A stretch of 64,000 nucleotides of DNA from Polyangiales bacterium (GTDB lineage: Bacteria > Myxococcota_A > Polyangia > Polyangiales > Houyiibacteriaceae): positions 8,390 to 72,389 of the forward strand of contig JBFGKE010000014.1 in assembly GCA_041576815.1 (NCBI GenBank), read 5' to 3'. The notes below the pieces were generated by a model. That model did not search any database, was not told where the DNA came from, and saw nothing but the letters and a program-made list of their open reading frames with translations. The first letter of the stretch is position 1; each line of letters begins with the position of its first letter. Position numbers and translations under genes: made by a program. Positions 27,363 to 36,667 of this stretch are shown here, one piece after another.

Positions 27363-28428
27363 CTGGGATTTCTGCACGGAGAGCTTGAGAAACGTGTCCC
27401 GCACGTTCTCACGGCCGATCGAGGTGCTGCGTGACGATCTACGACGGTCCGTCACCTGCGGATACTTGCTTTGCCGCATCGTCGATACGATCGAGGACAA
27501 CCCGCGGTTCACGGTGAACGAACGTGACGAACGCTATCGCGCCTTTCACGACGTGCTGCGTAGTGCAACGGATGGTCGAGCGTTCGAGCGCTCGTGGGAA
27601 ACGGTCGAGGGATCCCCAGAGCACGAGGTTCGGCTCTGTGCACAGGTCCGCCGCGTCATGGCCGTGCTCGACCACGTGCCCCACGAGATGCGCACCGCCG
27701 TGTTGCGATGGGTCTCGGAAATGGCCCGCGGCATGCAGATCTACAGTCACCGTTCGGCGGATCGCGACGGTGTGATCGCACCGACGACCAGCGAGGACCT
27801 GCAGCGCTACTGCTACTTCGTGGCTGGGACCGTCGGCAACATGCTCACGGAGCTGTTCGTTATCGAAATCGGCCTCGACGCTGATGACCCAGTGACACAG
27901 CGGCTCTACGCGCACGCAGAGGCGTTTGGGACCGGCCTTCAGCTCGTCAACATCCTCAAGGACGTCGGGGACGACATGAAGCGCGGCTGGTCATTCGTTC
28001 CGAGATCGCTTTGCCAGACCGAGGGCCTTCGCAACCAACAGCTCACGGACCCGAGCCGTCGAACGGATGCGCATCGCGCCGTCGCCCCCCTATTCCAGCT
28101 CGCGCGCGTGAACCTCGACCGCGCCCTGACGTACGCGCTTGCCGTGCCGCCAAACCACCGAGATATACGTCTGTTCTGCTTGCTACCGCTGTGGTTGGCG
28201 GTGAAGACGGTGGCTGTCGCATACGGCAACGACGCGATGTTCACCGACAGCGAACCGGTCAAGGTGAGTCGACAGGAAGTCGAGGCGGTCATCGAGCATT
28301 GCATGAGTGCATGCGGGGACGACGCGCGGCTGCGGGCCAATTACGAGGCGATGTGGAACCCGGTGGTTCGACTCATGGTTGCGGACTCCGGCGCCGAAGG
28401 TTGGTCCTCGGGTTTGGACGCGGCATGA
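27352..28428 (+). CDS. Squalene synthase (squalene/phytoene synthase family)
   Basis: SRTFSRPI, YLLCRIVDTIEDN (first Asp-rich box), YCYFVAGTVG, GLQLVNILKDVGDD (second box). Confidence 0.85.
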   Translation: MQTDWDFCTESLRNVSRTFSRPIEVLRDDLRRSVTCGYLLCRIVDTIEDNPRFTVNERDERYRAFHDVLRSATDGRAFERSWETVEGSPEHEVRLCAQVRRVMAVLDHVPHEMRTAVLRWVSEMARGMQIYSHRSADRDGVIAPTTSEDLQRYCYFVAGTVGNMLTELFVIEIGLDADDPVTQRLYAHAEAFGTGLQLVNILKDVGDDMKRGWSFVPRSLCQTEGLRNQQLTDPSRRTDAHRAVAPLFQLARVNLDRALTYALAVPPNHRDIRLFCLLPLWLAVKTVAVAYGNDAMFTDSEPVKVSRQEVEAVIEHCMSACGDDARLRANYEAMWNPVVRLMVADSGAEGWSSGLDAA

Positions 28429-29723
28429 AAGCCAAAGCGCTTCCCACGCCGCCCGCTCGACCTTCGTCGCGCATTCCGGGGTTCTATCGGCTCGAGATCG
28501 ACGGACGGCATCGGGAGCTTGCAAACCGATTCGGTCTGAACGAGCTCGAGCTCGAGCTCCTTTGCGGCGCCGGTACGGACGGTGTCGCCATCGCGGACAA
28601 GATGGTCGAAAACTGCGTCGGCGTGCTTCGGCTTCCGGTAGGTCTCGGGCTGAATTTCCAAGTCAATGGGCGCGACTACGTCGTTCCCATGGCGGTCGAG
28701 GAGCCGTCGGTCGTGGCGGCTGCAAGCAACTCGGCGCGTCTCGTGCGGGCTTCGGGCGGCTTCGAAGCGGAGGCCTCCGAATCGTTGATGATCGCGCAGG
28801 TGCAGGTGCTCGGGCTCACCGACCGTGCGCACGCACGCGAGGCGCTCGAGAGTGCGGAGCGGCGAATCCTCGATGGCGCTAACGCGCGCCACGCCAACAT
28901 GGTTGCGCGCGGAGGCGGTGCGAAGTCGATCGAGGTCCGCTTGCTCGACGCCGAGCCCGAGATGCTCGTCGTTCATCTCCTCGTCGACTGCAGAGATGCC
29001 ATGGGCGCCAACATCGTCAACGACATGGCCGAGGCAGTGGCCCCGATCGTCGAAGCGGTGAGCGGCGGCCGGGTTCGGCTGCGCATCTTGAGCAACCTCG
29101 CTGACCGGCGGCTTGCCCGGGCGCGCTGCGCCATCCGAGAAGACCTGCTCGCGCTTCAGGGGCGCGCCGGCGCCGAAGTCGCCGAGGGCATCGTCGAGGC
29201 GTATCGGTTGGCGGCCGCCGATCCCTACCGCGCCGCGACACACAACAAGGGCGTGATGAACGGAATCGATGCGGTCGCGATCGCGACCGGAAACGACTGG
29301 AGAGGGCTCGAGGCCGGCGCGCACGCATACGCGGCACGGCGCGGGCAATACGAGCCCCTGACGCGCTGGTGGCGAAACGCGGGCTGTCTGCACGGGGAGA
29401 TCGAGCTCCCGATGGCGGTCGGGACCGTCGGAGGGTCGACTCGAGTTCAACCGGCGCTCGAGGTGCTTCGCAAGCTCTTGCGTGCCGACACTGCGCCGGA
29501 GCTTGCGACCGTGATGGCCTCGGTGGGCCTCGCGCAGAACTTTGGCGCGCTCTGCGCACTGGCCACTGAAGGCATTCAACGAGGGCACATGAGCCTGCAC
29601 GCGCGATCGGTCGCGCTTTCCGCGGGGGTCGCCGAGGACCAAGTCGACGCCGTCGCGGCGACGCTCGTGCGGATCGGGGACTACAGCGCGTCTGCCGCAC
29701 GCAAGATCGCGGATGGCAAGTGA
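28425..29723 (+). CDS. mvaA: Class II HMG-CoA reductase
   Basis: Trimmed from 28011..29723 to ATG 28425 (ATGA overlap with the SQS stop). ENCVGVLRLPVGLGLNFQVNGRDYVVPMAVEEPSVVAAASN, DAMGANIVN, ATHNKGVMNGIDAV. Confidence 0.9.
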   Translation: MKAKALPTPPARPSSRIPGFYRLEIDGRHRELANRFGLNELELELLCGAGTDGVAIADKMVENCVGVLRLPVGLGLNFQVNGRDYVVPMAVEEPSVVAAASNSARLVRASGGFEAEASESLMIAQVQVLGLTDRAHAREALESAERRILDGANARHANMVARGGGAKSIEVRLLDAEPEMLVVHLLVDCRDAMGANIVNDMAEAVAPIVEAVSGGRVRLRILSNLADRRLARARCAIREDLLALQGRAGAEVAEGIVEAYRLAAADPYRAATHNKGVMNGIDAVAIATGNDWRGLEAGAHAYAARRGQYEPLTRWWRNAGCLHGEIELPMAVGTVGGSTRVQPALEVLRKLLRADTAPELATVMASVGLAQNFGALCALATEGIQRGHMSLHARSVALSAGVAEDQVDAVAATLVRIGDYSASAARKIADGK

Positions 29724-31749
29724 AATGATGACGGCTCCGCGGGCGCACGACGGCGACGTCTCCTGGGTTGCATCCGTCGTGGACCGCGGGGCGGACGCGC
29801 TGTTGCGATTGCAGCGACGCGACGGCGGCTGGGAGGGTGAGTGCGTCTGGTGCCCGATGCTGACCGCGCAGTACGTGATGACAGCACATGCGATCGGACT
29901 CACGATCTCACCCACGCGCCGGTCGCGGATCCTGCTCCACTTCCGAACGACCCAACACGAATCCGGGCTCTGGGGGCTTCACCCGAAAGACGATGGCAGC
30001 CTCTTCGTGACCACGCTGGTTTACGTTGCTGCCCGCCTGCTCGGCGCTGCTCCTGACGAAGCGTGGCTCCGGCCGACGCGCGACTGGTTCGCGCGCCAAG
30101 GAGGGGTGCAGGCGATCCCGACGTGGGGGAAAGTTTGGCTGGCCGTTCTCGGGCTCTACGGCTGGAACGGCATCCACCCCATCCTGCCCGAAGCCTGGCT
30201 TCTATCGCCGCGCCTCCCGATCCATCCGGCGCATTTCTATTGTCACACACGCTCGATTTACATGGGGCTCGCCGTTCTGTACGGAGAGCGCGCGACCGCT
30301 CGCCCTCACCCGACGCGCGACGCCCTTCGAGACGAGCTTTACCTGGGGCACTACGATCGGATCGACTTCGCCGCGCACGCGAACGACGTGCGAGCCGAGG
30401 ATGCGCCCTTTCGCCCCACGCGCGCGCTTCGCGCGGTGTACGCGGTGAGCCATGCGTTCGAGAAGCTGCGGCTCGTGACGGTCCGACGTCGTGCGGTCGC
30501 ACGGCTTCGCGATCGGTTGCGGGCAGGCCTTCGCTCGAGCGATTTCCTCGGTTTATCCCCGGTAAACGGGCTCCTGACCATTCTCGCACTTTGGTTCGAG
30601 GACCCGCAGGACGCTCACCTCGAGAAGGCCATCGCGCGACTCGAGTCCTGGTTTTGGGAAGACGATCGCGAAGGATCGAGGGTGGCCGGTGCGGGAAGCA
30701 TCTGCTGGGACACGGCCTTTGCATTGCAGGCGCTGAGCCCGCTTGCGTCCGGCCCTGGCGAGGCATCGACCCGACGAGCCGCCTCGTTCCTCGCCAGCCA
30801 GCAGATCGAGCATCCACGCTTCGATTTCGAGGCGGCGTATCGAATCGATCCGACTGGAGGGTGGTGTTTTTCGGAAGTGGGGCACGGGTGGCCGGTGAGC
30901 GACTGCACGGCGGAGGCGCTCGTCTCGATCCTCGACACCCATCCGGATGAGCTCGGACGCGAGGGTGCGGCGCGTGCGGCCCGCTTCATCTTGCGTTGTC
31001 AAAACCAAGACGGTGGTTTCGGGAGCTATGAGCCTCGCAAGACCGCCGTGCCGCTCGAGTGGATGAACCCCTCCGAGATGTTCGGCGCATGTATGACCGA
31101 GCGGTCTTACGTCGAATGCACGGCCTCGTGCCTCCTCGCGCTTCGAGCGGTTCAAGCGCGGTATCCCGATCTGCTCCAAGTCCGACTGGACGCGACGCTC
31201 GAGAGCGGGCGACGTTTCCTGACACGCGCACAGAACGCCGATGGTGCTTGGACCGGTGCATGGGGTGTTCATTTCGTCTACGGCACGATGTTTGGCGTGC
31301 GGGGGTTGCTCGCGGCGGGCGTCCCACACGACGACGAACGGATTCGAAAGGCCTGCGGCTGGCTCTTGGCACACCAGCGTTCGGACGGCGCTTGGGGAGA
31401 GCACCATTCGAGCGCGCGCCTGCGGCAGCACGTCAGCCAAGCGGAGGGCTCGCCGGTGCAAACCGCGTGGGCACTGATGGCGCTCGTCGACGCACGAGAG
31501 CCGAACCGCCGGGCGCTGCTTCGCGCTGGCCGGTTCTTGGAACGGACCCAACGGCAATCCGGAGAATGGCCCGACGGCGAGCTCGTCGGCGTGTTCTTCG
31601 AAACCGCGCTTCTCAACTACCGGTACTACCCTCTCTACTTTCCGGTGATGGCCGTCTCGCGGCTCCACGCCTACCTCACTCAACACGAACGAAGCGAGAG
31701 TAACGATGCACGCAACCGACCTCCGTACGGTCTCCGCGCCTCCGCGTGA
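29713..31749 (+). CDS. Oxidosqualene cyclase (sterol-forming triterpene cyclase)
   Basis: GWPVSDCTAEAL catalytic Asp motif of oxidosqualene cyclases (squalene-hopene cyclases have DxDDTA). QW-type repeats (RRDGGWEG, QNQDGGFGSYE, QNADGAWTG, QRSDGAWGE, QRQSGEWP). Confidence 0.9.
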   Translation: MASEMMTAPRAHDGDVSWVASVVDRGADALLRLQRRDGGWEGECVWCPMLTAQYVMTAHAIGLTISPTRRSRILLHFRTTQHESGLWGLHPKDDGSLFVTTLVYVAARLLGAAPDEAWLRPTRDWFARQGGVQAIPTWGKVWLAVLGLYGWNGIHPILPEAWLLSPRLPIHPAHFYCHTRSIYMGLAVLYGERATARPHPTRDALRDELYLGHYDRIDFAAHANDVRAEDAPFRPTRALRAVYAVSHAFEKLRLVTVRRRAVARLRDRLRAGLRSSDFLGLSPVNGLLTILALWFEDPQDAHLEKAIARLESWFWEDDREGSRVAGAGSICWDTAFALQALSPLASGPGEASTRRAASFLASQQIEHPRFDFEAAYRIDPTGGWCFSEVGHGWPVSDCTAEALVSILDTHPDELGREGAARAARFILRCQNQDGGFGSYEPRKTAVPLEWMNPSEMFGACMTERSYVECTASCLLALRAVQARYPDLLQVRLDATLESGRRFLTRAQNADGAWTGAWGVHFVYGTMFGVRGLLAAGVPHDDERIRKACGWLLAHQRSDGAWGEHHSSARLRQHVSQAEGSPVQTAWALMALVDAREPNRRALLRAGRFLERTQRQSGEWPDGELVGVFFETALLNYRYYPLYFPVMAVSRLHAYLTQHERSESNDARNRPPYGLRASA

Positions 31750-32776
31750 AGCCCCAAACGAACGCTGGCTCCAAGTCATTCGCCTGGAGGTCGACACCCA
31801 CCTCCACGAGTTCTTCGAGCGAAAGAGACGCGAAATGGAGGCGATGTCGCCACCTACGCTTCAGCTGCTGCACGAGGTGGAAGCCCTCACGATGCGGGGA
31901 GGAAAGCGACTTCGTCCGGCGGTTGCGACGGCGGGGTATCGATGTGTGTTTCCGGGATACGGGATGGAACGCCTCGTCGAGCTCTCGGCGTCGCTCGAGC
32001 TCCTTCAGAGCTACCTGCTGATTCATGACGACTGGATGGACGGCGACGACGTGCGGCGCGGAGGCGCGGCTGTTCACGCGAGCCTCCAACAACGCCACGG
32101 GGACGCGCACCTCGGCTGCGCGCTCGGCGTCCTCGCAGGCGATCTGGCGGCGACGTATGCGTGGGAGCTCTTCTTGGAGGCCCCCTACCCGGTCCAAACG
32201 TGGCCGAACGCAAGCCGCCTCTTCTTGCAAATTCAAAAGGAAGTCTATTGCGGTCAACAGCTCGACCTGACCTGCGACCAGGACGTATCGAGGATGCACG
32301 CCCTCAAGACCACGAGCTACTCGGTGCGCGGCCCTCTGCTGCTCGGAGCCATGCTGGCGAATGCCACCGGCGAACAATTGGAAGCCCTCAGCCGATGGGC
32401 GGTGCCCATTGGAGAGGCGTTTCAGATCCGCGACGACATTCTCGGCACGATGGGCTCGCCCGACAGCACCGGGAAGCCCGGGTTGGACATCCCGCATGGA
32501 AAAGCGACCAGCGTTCTCGCCGAGCTGCGCCGATCGATCGCCCCCGGCGATCGACGGCCGGTCGAATCCCTCGTCGGGCGAGCGGAGTTCACGCACGATG
32601 ACGTCGAGCGCGCGCAGGTCTTCTTGCTCGATTCCGGCGTCATCGGCAGGCTGGAGGAGCGCATCGCTCGCCTGCGCAGCGAGGCCCTCGCTGCCGTCGA
32701 TGCCGGCCCGTTCAACCCGCAGGGCCGCGGCATGCTCGCCGAGCTCGCGGACAAGCTGACGAACCGGCGAGCCTGA
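31706..32776 (+). CDS. trans-Prenyl diphosphate synthase (FPP/GGPP synthase family)
   Basis: GGKRLRP, LLIHDDWMDGDDVRRG (first Asp-rich motif), GEAFQIRDDILG (second). Overlaps the OSC 3' end by 44 nt; alt start ATG 31835. Confidence 0.85.
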   Translation: MHATDLRTVSAPPREAPNERWLQVIRLEVDTHLHEFFERKRREMEAMSPPTLQLLHEVEALTMRGGKRLRPAVATAGYRCVFPGYGMERLVELSASLELLQSYLLIHDDWMDGDDVRRGGAAVHASLQQRHGDAHLGCALGVLAGDLAATYAWELFLEAPYPVQTWPNASRLFLQIQKEVYCGQQLDLTCDQDVSRMHALKTTSYSVRGPLLLGAMLANATGEQLEALSRWAVPIGEAFQIRDDILGTMGSPDSTGKPGLDIPHGKATSVLAELRRSIAPGDRRPVESLVGRAEFTHDDVERAQVFLLDSGVIGRLEERIARLRSEALAAVDAGPFNPQGRGMLAELADKLTNRRA

Positions 32777-32839
32777 AAACGCGGGCCTTCCGGGGCGCGG
32801 CCGTTGGACGCCTGCGCGAAGCTGGCGTAGAAAGCCGCG

Positions 32840-33697
32840 ATGGAAAAAGCGATTCTCACCTGTGCGGTGACCGGCGTGCTGACCAACCCCAAGCAGCACC
32901 CCGTCCCGGTCACGCCCGAAGAAATGGCCGCGTCTGCGCGCGACGCCTACAACGCGGGTGCATCGATCATGCACGTTCATTTTCGCCGCCAGGAGCCAGG
33001 GATGGGTCACCTGCCGTCTTGGGATCCCGACGTAGCCGCCGCGGCAAGCGATGCGATCCGCGAGGCCTGTCCCGATGTCATCATCAACCAAACGACCGGC
33101 GTGATCGATGACGACGTGTCGGGGCCGGTCGCATGCCTCCAACGGATCCGACCGGAGATCGCGGCCTGCAACGCGGGCAGCCTGAACTACCTGAAGCTCA
33201 AAAAAGACAACACCTGGGCATGGCCGCCGATGATATTTCTCAACGGTGTTCCGAAGGTGCAGAAGATGCTCGACGCGATGGCGGAAACGCACACGATTCC
33301 CGAGATGGAGTGCTTCGACGTGGGCATCGTTCGGTCGGTCGGCCTCTACCAGCGCGCAGGCATGGCCGAAGAGATGCACTACAACTTCGTGATGGGGGTC
33401 GCTTCGGGAATGCCGTGTGACCCGGACCTCCTCGAGCTGCTGCTGAAATACAAGCACGGCGACGCCCACTGGCAGGCCACGCTCATCGGTCGCGAGGAGA
33501 TCTGGGAAACCCACCAGCGTGCGGCGGACCTCGGCGGCATGCTGAGGACGGGGCTCGAAGACACCTTTTACCTCCCCAACGGCGACAAGGCGTCTGGCAA
33601 CGGCCCGCTGATCGAAGCGCTCGCCGAATGCGCGCGCAACGCAGGACGAGAGGTAGCTTCGCCGACGGAAACCCGCCAGATGCTCGGCCTGAATTAG
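32840..33697 (+). CDS. Beta-keto acid cleavage enzyme (BKACE/DUF849, 3-keto-5-aminohexanoate cleavage type)
   Basis: ILTCAVTGVLTNPKQHPVPVTPEEMAASARDAYNAGASIMHVHFR is a canonical BKACE N-terminus. Confidence 0.85.
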   Translation: MEKAILTCAVTGVLTNPKQHPVPVTPEEMAASARDAYNAGASIMHVHFRRQEPGMGHLPSWDPDVAAAASDAIREACPDVIINQTTGVIDDDVSGPVACLQRIRPEIAACNAGSLNYLKLKKDNTWAWPPMIFLNGVPKVQKMLDAMAETHTIPEMECFDVGIVRSVGLYQRAGMAEEMHYNFVMGVASGMPCDPDLLELLLKYKHGDAHWQATLIGREEIWETHQRAADLGGMLRTGLEDTFYLPNGDKASGNGPLIEALAECARNAGREVASPTETRQMLGLN

Positions 33698-33741
33698 CCC
33701 CGAGGATTGTCACCCTTCGATCGGAGAGGTAAAGACGACCC

Positions 33742-34446
33742 ATGGCCAACAAGGTGTATCCCGACGCGACAGCTGCGCTCGACGGCCTGCTCACCGATGA
33801 CATGATGCTGATGTCGGGCGGCTTTGGGCTCTGCGGCATCCCTGAAGCGCTGATCGATGCGGTCGCAAAGTCGGGTGTCAAAAGGCTGACGGTCGTCTCC
33901 AACAACGCAGGCGTCGACGGCATCGGCCTCGGCGTCATGCTCGAGACACGACAAATCTCGAAAATGATTTCGTCCTACGTCGGCGAAAACAAGCTGTTTG
34001 CAAAACAATTCCTCGACGGCGACCTCACGGTGGAATTCAACCCCCAGGGCACCCTCGCAGAGCGGATCCGCGCCGGCGGGGCAGGCATTCCGGCGTTTTA
34101 CACCAAGACGGGGGTCGGCACCGTGGTTGCGGAGGGCAAAGAGGTGCGCGAGCTCGACGGCGCGAAGTACGTGATGGAGCGAGCGCTCTTCGCCGACGTC
34201 GCGATCGTCCATGCCTGGAAAGGCGACACGGAAGGCAATCTCGTCTACCGAAAAACCGCGCGTAACTTCAATCCGATGATGGCTACCGCGGCCAAGGTGA
34301 CGGTGGCCGAGGTCGAGCACCTCGTCCAGCCGGGTGAGCTCGAGCCGGACCACATCATGACCCCGGGCATCTACGTCGACCGCATCATCCACTTTCCAAA
34401 CCCTTCGAAGCACATCGAGCAGCGCACCACGCGCCCACGCCCCTGA
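33742..34446 (+). CDS. scoA: 3-oxoacid CoA-transferase subunit A
   Basis: [59 protein letters not shown]. Confidence 0.9.
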   Translation: MANKVYPDATAALDGLLTDDMMLMSGGFGLCGIPEALIDAVAKSGVKRLTVVSNNAGVDGIGLGVMLETRQISKMISSYVGENKLFAKQFLDGDLTVEFNPQGTLAERIRAGGAGIPAFYTKTGVGTVVAEGKEVRELDGAKYVMERALFADVAIVHAWKGDTEGNLVYRKTARNFNPMMATAAKVTVAEVEHLVQPGELEPDHIMTPGIYVDRIIHFPNPSKHIEQRTTRPRP

Positions 34447-34456
34447 GGAGACGTTC

Positions 34457-35095
34457 ATGGCCTGGACTCGTGACCAAATGGCAGCCCGCGCAGCGAAAGA
34501 GCTTCGAGACGGTTTCTACGTGAATCTCGGCATCGGCATTCCGACGCTCGTCTCCAATCACATCCCGGACGGCGTCAGCGTTCAGCTTCAGAGTGAAAAC
34601 GGGATGCTCGGCATGGGGCCCTTTCCGTACGAGGGCGAAGAGGACGCCGACCTGATCAATGCGGGAAAGCAAACGGTGACCGAGCTTCCGAGCACCAGCT
34701 TCTTTTCGAGCGCGGAGTCCTTCGCGATGATTCGCGGCGGCCACATCGACCTCTCGATCCTCGGCGCGATGCAGGTTGCCGAGAACGGCGACCTCGCCAA
34801 CTGGATGATCCCGGGCAAGATGGTCAAGGGGATGGGGGGCGCCATGGACCTCGTCGCAGGCGTCAAGCGCGTCGTCGTCGTCATGGAGCACACCGCCAAA
34901 GGCAAGCCGAAGCTCTTGAAGGAGTGCACGCTGCCCCTGACCGGCACGGAGGTGGTCGATTTGCTGATCACCGATCTCGGGGTCTTCGAGATCGACGAAA
35001 AGGGCCTGCGTCTGATCGAGATCGCGGACGGCGTCACGAAACAGGAAATCGCGGAGAACACCGAAGCGGCGTACACCGTAGCGCCCGGGCTCTGA
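34457..35095 (+). CDS. scoB: 3-oxoacid CoA-transferase subunit B
   Basis: [35 protein letters not shown]. Confidence 0.9.
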   Translation: MAWTRDQMAARAAKELRDGFYVNLGIGIPTLVSNHIPDGVSVQLQSENGMLGMGPFPYEGEEDADLINAGKQTVTELPSTSFFSSAESFAMIRGGHIDLSILGAMQVAENGDLANWMIPGKMVKGMGGAMDLVAGVKRVVVVMEHTAKGKPKLLKECTLPLTGTEVVDLLITDLGVFEIDEKGLRLIEIADGVTKQEIAENTEAAYTVAPGL

Positions 35096-35101
35096 CGATT
35101 T

Positions 35102-36109
35102 TCAGAACGTGGCTCGAATCGCCTTGAGAAGAGCCATGCCTTCGGCGCCCATCTTTTTCGCTACGCGGTCCGGAACGTTCTTTTGTTTGGCTTTGAATGC
35201 CGCGAGCTCTTCGGGAGTTGGCTCGTAGATGTCGTAGCCGTATCGCGCGAGGTTCTTCAGCAGGACTGGCTCGATCTTGCGGACCTGGTCGCGCCCCCAA
35301 ACCGTCAGCCCGTGATCGAGACTGGTGATGATCTGCTGAAAGTCATCGGGCAGGGTCTCGAACCACTTCTTCGAGTAGACGAGAAGCGCGGGCTGGTAGC
35401 AGTGGCGGCTCAGAAAGATGTGCCGCTCCCCTTCTTTGAGCCCCTGATACCAGCTTCCGGCCATGGCAAAGAGGGGGGTGTTGTCGAACCCGTCGACGAC
35501 ACCGGTCTGCACGCTCATGAGCGTGTTCCCGACATCGATGGGAACGGCGGTCGCACCGAACGCCTCGTAGGTTACGACGTGCACCATCGATTCTTGCGAC
35601 CGAAAGCGAACCCCCTTCATGTCGTCCGGCGTGCGGATCTTGTGTTTGCTGAAATACGACCGATAGCCGTTCTCCGCCCAAATCCCAAATACGAGGCCGC
35701 GTTTCGAGAGGACCTTCTTGATTTGCTCTTTGACCTTCGGATTGTCGGGCGCCGTGTCGGCTTTCTCGGGGCTCTCAAACACGTACGGGGACTCGATGAC
35801 GTTGACCTCTCGGACGATGGAGCTCATCCCGCCAACCGACCCGGCGAACGCCTGCATGCTTCCCATCTGCGTGCGGCGAGCGAGCGACCGCTCGTTTCCA
35901 CGACCGAGTCGAAGCTTTACCTTCAAGCGACCATTGGTTTTCTCCTGCACCTCGGCTTTGAAGCGTTGGAGCTGCTCGGCCCACGGGCTGCCACTTGGCG
36001 CCACGGTCCCGACCTCCATCAAAAACTCGGGTTCCTCGGCGATAGCCGGCCCCCCGATCGCAAGCGAAAGCGCGGCGAGCGCGCCAACGGCGAAAGCTGA
36101 TTTCGACAT
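35102..36109 (-). CDS. TRAP-transporter DctP-type solute-binding protein (no DctQ/DctM partner nearby)
   Basis: Trimmed to ATG 36109. Signal peptide MSKSAFAVGALAALSLAIGGPAIA. VAPSGSPWAEQLQRFKAEVQEKTNGRLKV matches the DctP pattern. Confidence 0.8.
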   Translation of the reverse strand: MSKSAFAVGALAALSLAIGGPAIAEEPEFLMEVGTVAPSGSPWAEQLQRFKAEVQEKTNGRLKVKLRLGRGNERSLARRTQMGSMQAFAGSVGGMSSIVREVNVIESPYVFESPEKADTAPDNPKVKEQIKKVLSKRGLVFGIWAENGYRSYFSKHKIRTPDDMKGVRFRSQESMVHVVTYEAFGATAVPIDVGNTLMSVQTGVVDGFDNTPLFAMAGSWYQGLKEGERHIFLSRHCYQPALLVYSKKWFETLPDDFQQIITSLDHGLTVWGRDQVRKIEPVLLKNLARYGYDIYEPTPEELAAFKAKQKNVPDRVAKKMGAEGMALLKAIRATF

Positions 36110-36224
36110 AGACGACCCTTCTAGCGACTTGCGCCGAGAAAATAAAGGTCGATTTCGCAACGCCCGGCGTCCGTTTGACCCGGAATGCTCCCCGCGCATC
36201 TTTTATTCGAAAGGAGGCTGAGAA

Positions 36225-36632
36225 ATGACCGGCTCAGCTCAGGGAGGGTGTGTCTGCGGCGCCGTCGCGTTCGAAATCGAAGGCCCCTTTCGAGGGTTTC
36301 AGTACTGTCATTGCAGCCGCTGCCGCAAAAAGAGCGGCTCTTTCGCCGCGGCCAACATCTTCGTCCCAAGAGATCAGCTGCGCTGGAAGCGCGGCGAGGA
36401 CAAAGTTCGACGATTCGAGCTGCCCGACACGAAGTACTGGAGCACCTGCTTCTGCTCCAATTGTGGCTCCGCGATGCCGTGGCTATCAAAGACCGGCAAA
36501 GCCTTCATCGTGCCGGCAGGCGCGCTCGAAGACGACCCGGGGATTCGGCCTCTCTACAACGTCTATTACGGCTCACGCGCACCCTGGTACGTACATCCCT
36601 CCGAGATCGAAACGCACGAGACGCTGCCCTAG
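36225..36632 (+). CDS. GFA-family (glutathione-dependent formaldehyde-activating / CENP-V-like) zinc protein
   Basis: GGCVCGAVAFEI, YCHCSRCRKKSG, FCSNCGS Cys clusters. Confidence 0.85.
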   Translation: MTGSAQGGCVCGAVAFEIEGPFRGFQYCHCSRCRKKSGSFAAANIFVPRDQLRWKRGEDKVRRFELPDTKYWSTCFCSNCGSAMPWLSKTGKAFIVPAGALEDDPGIRPLYNVYYGSRAPWYVHPSEIETHETLP

Positions 36633-36667
36633 TCTCGAGGTCCGCGCTGAGCTGCACTCAAGTCCGC

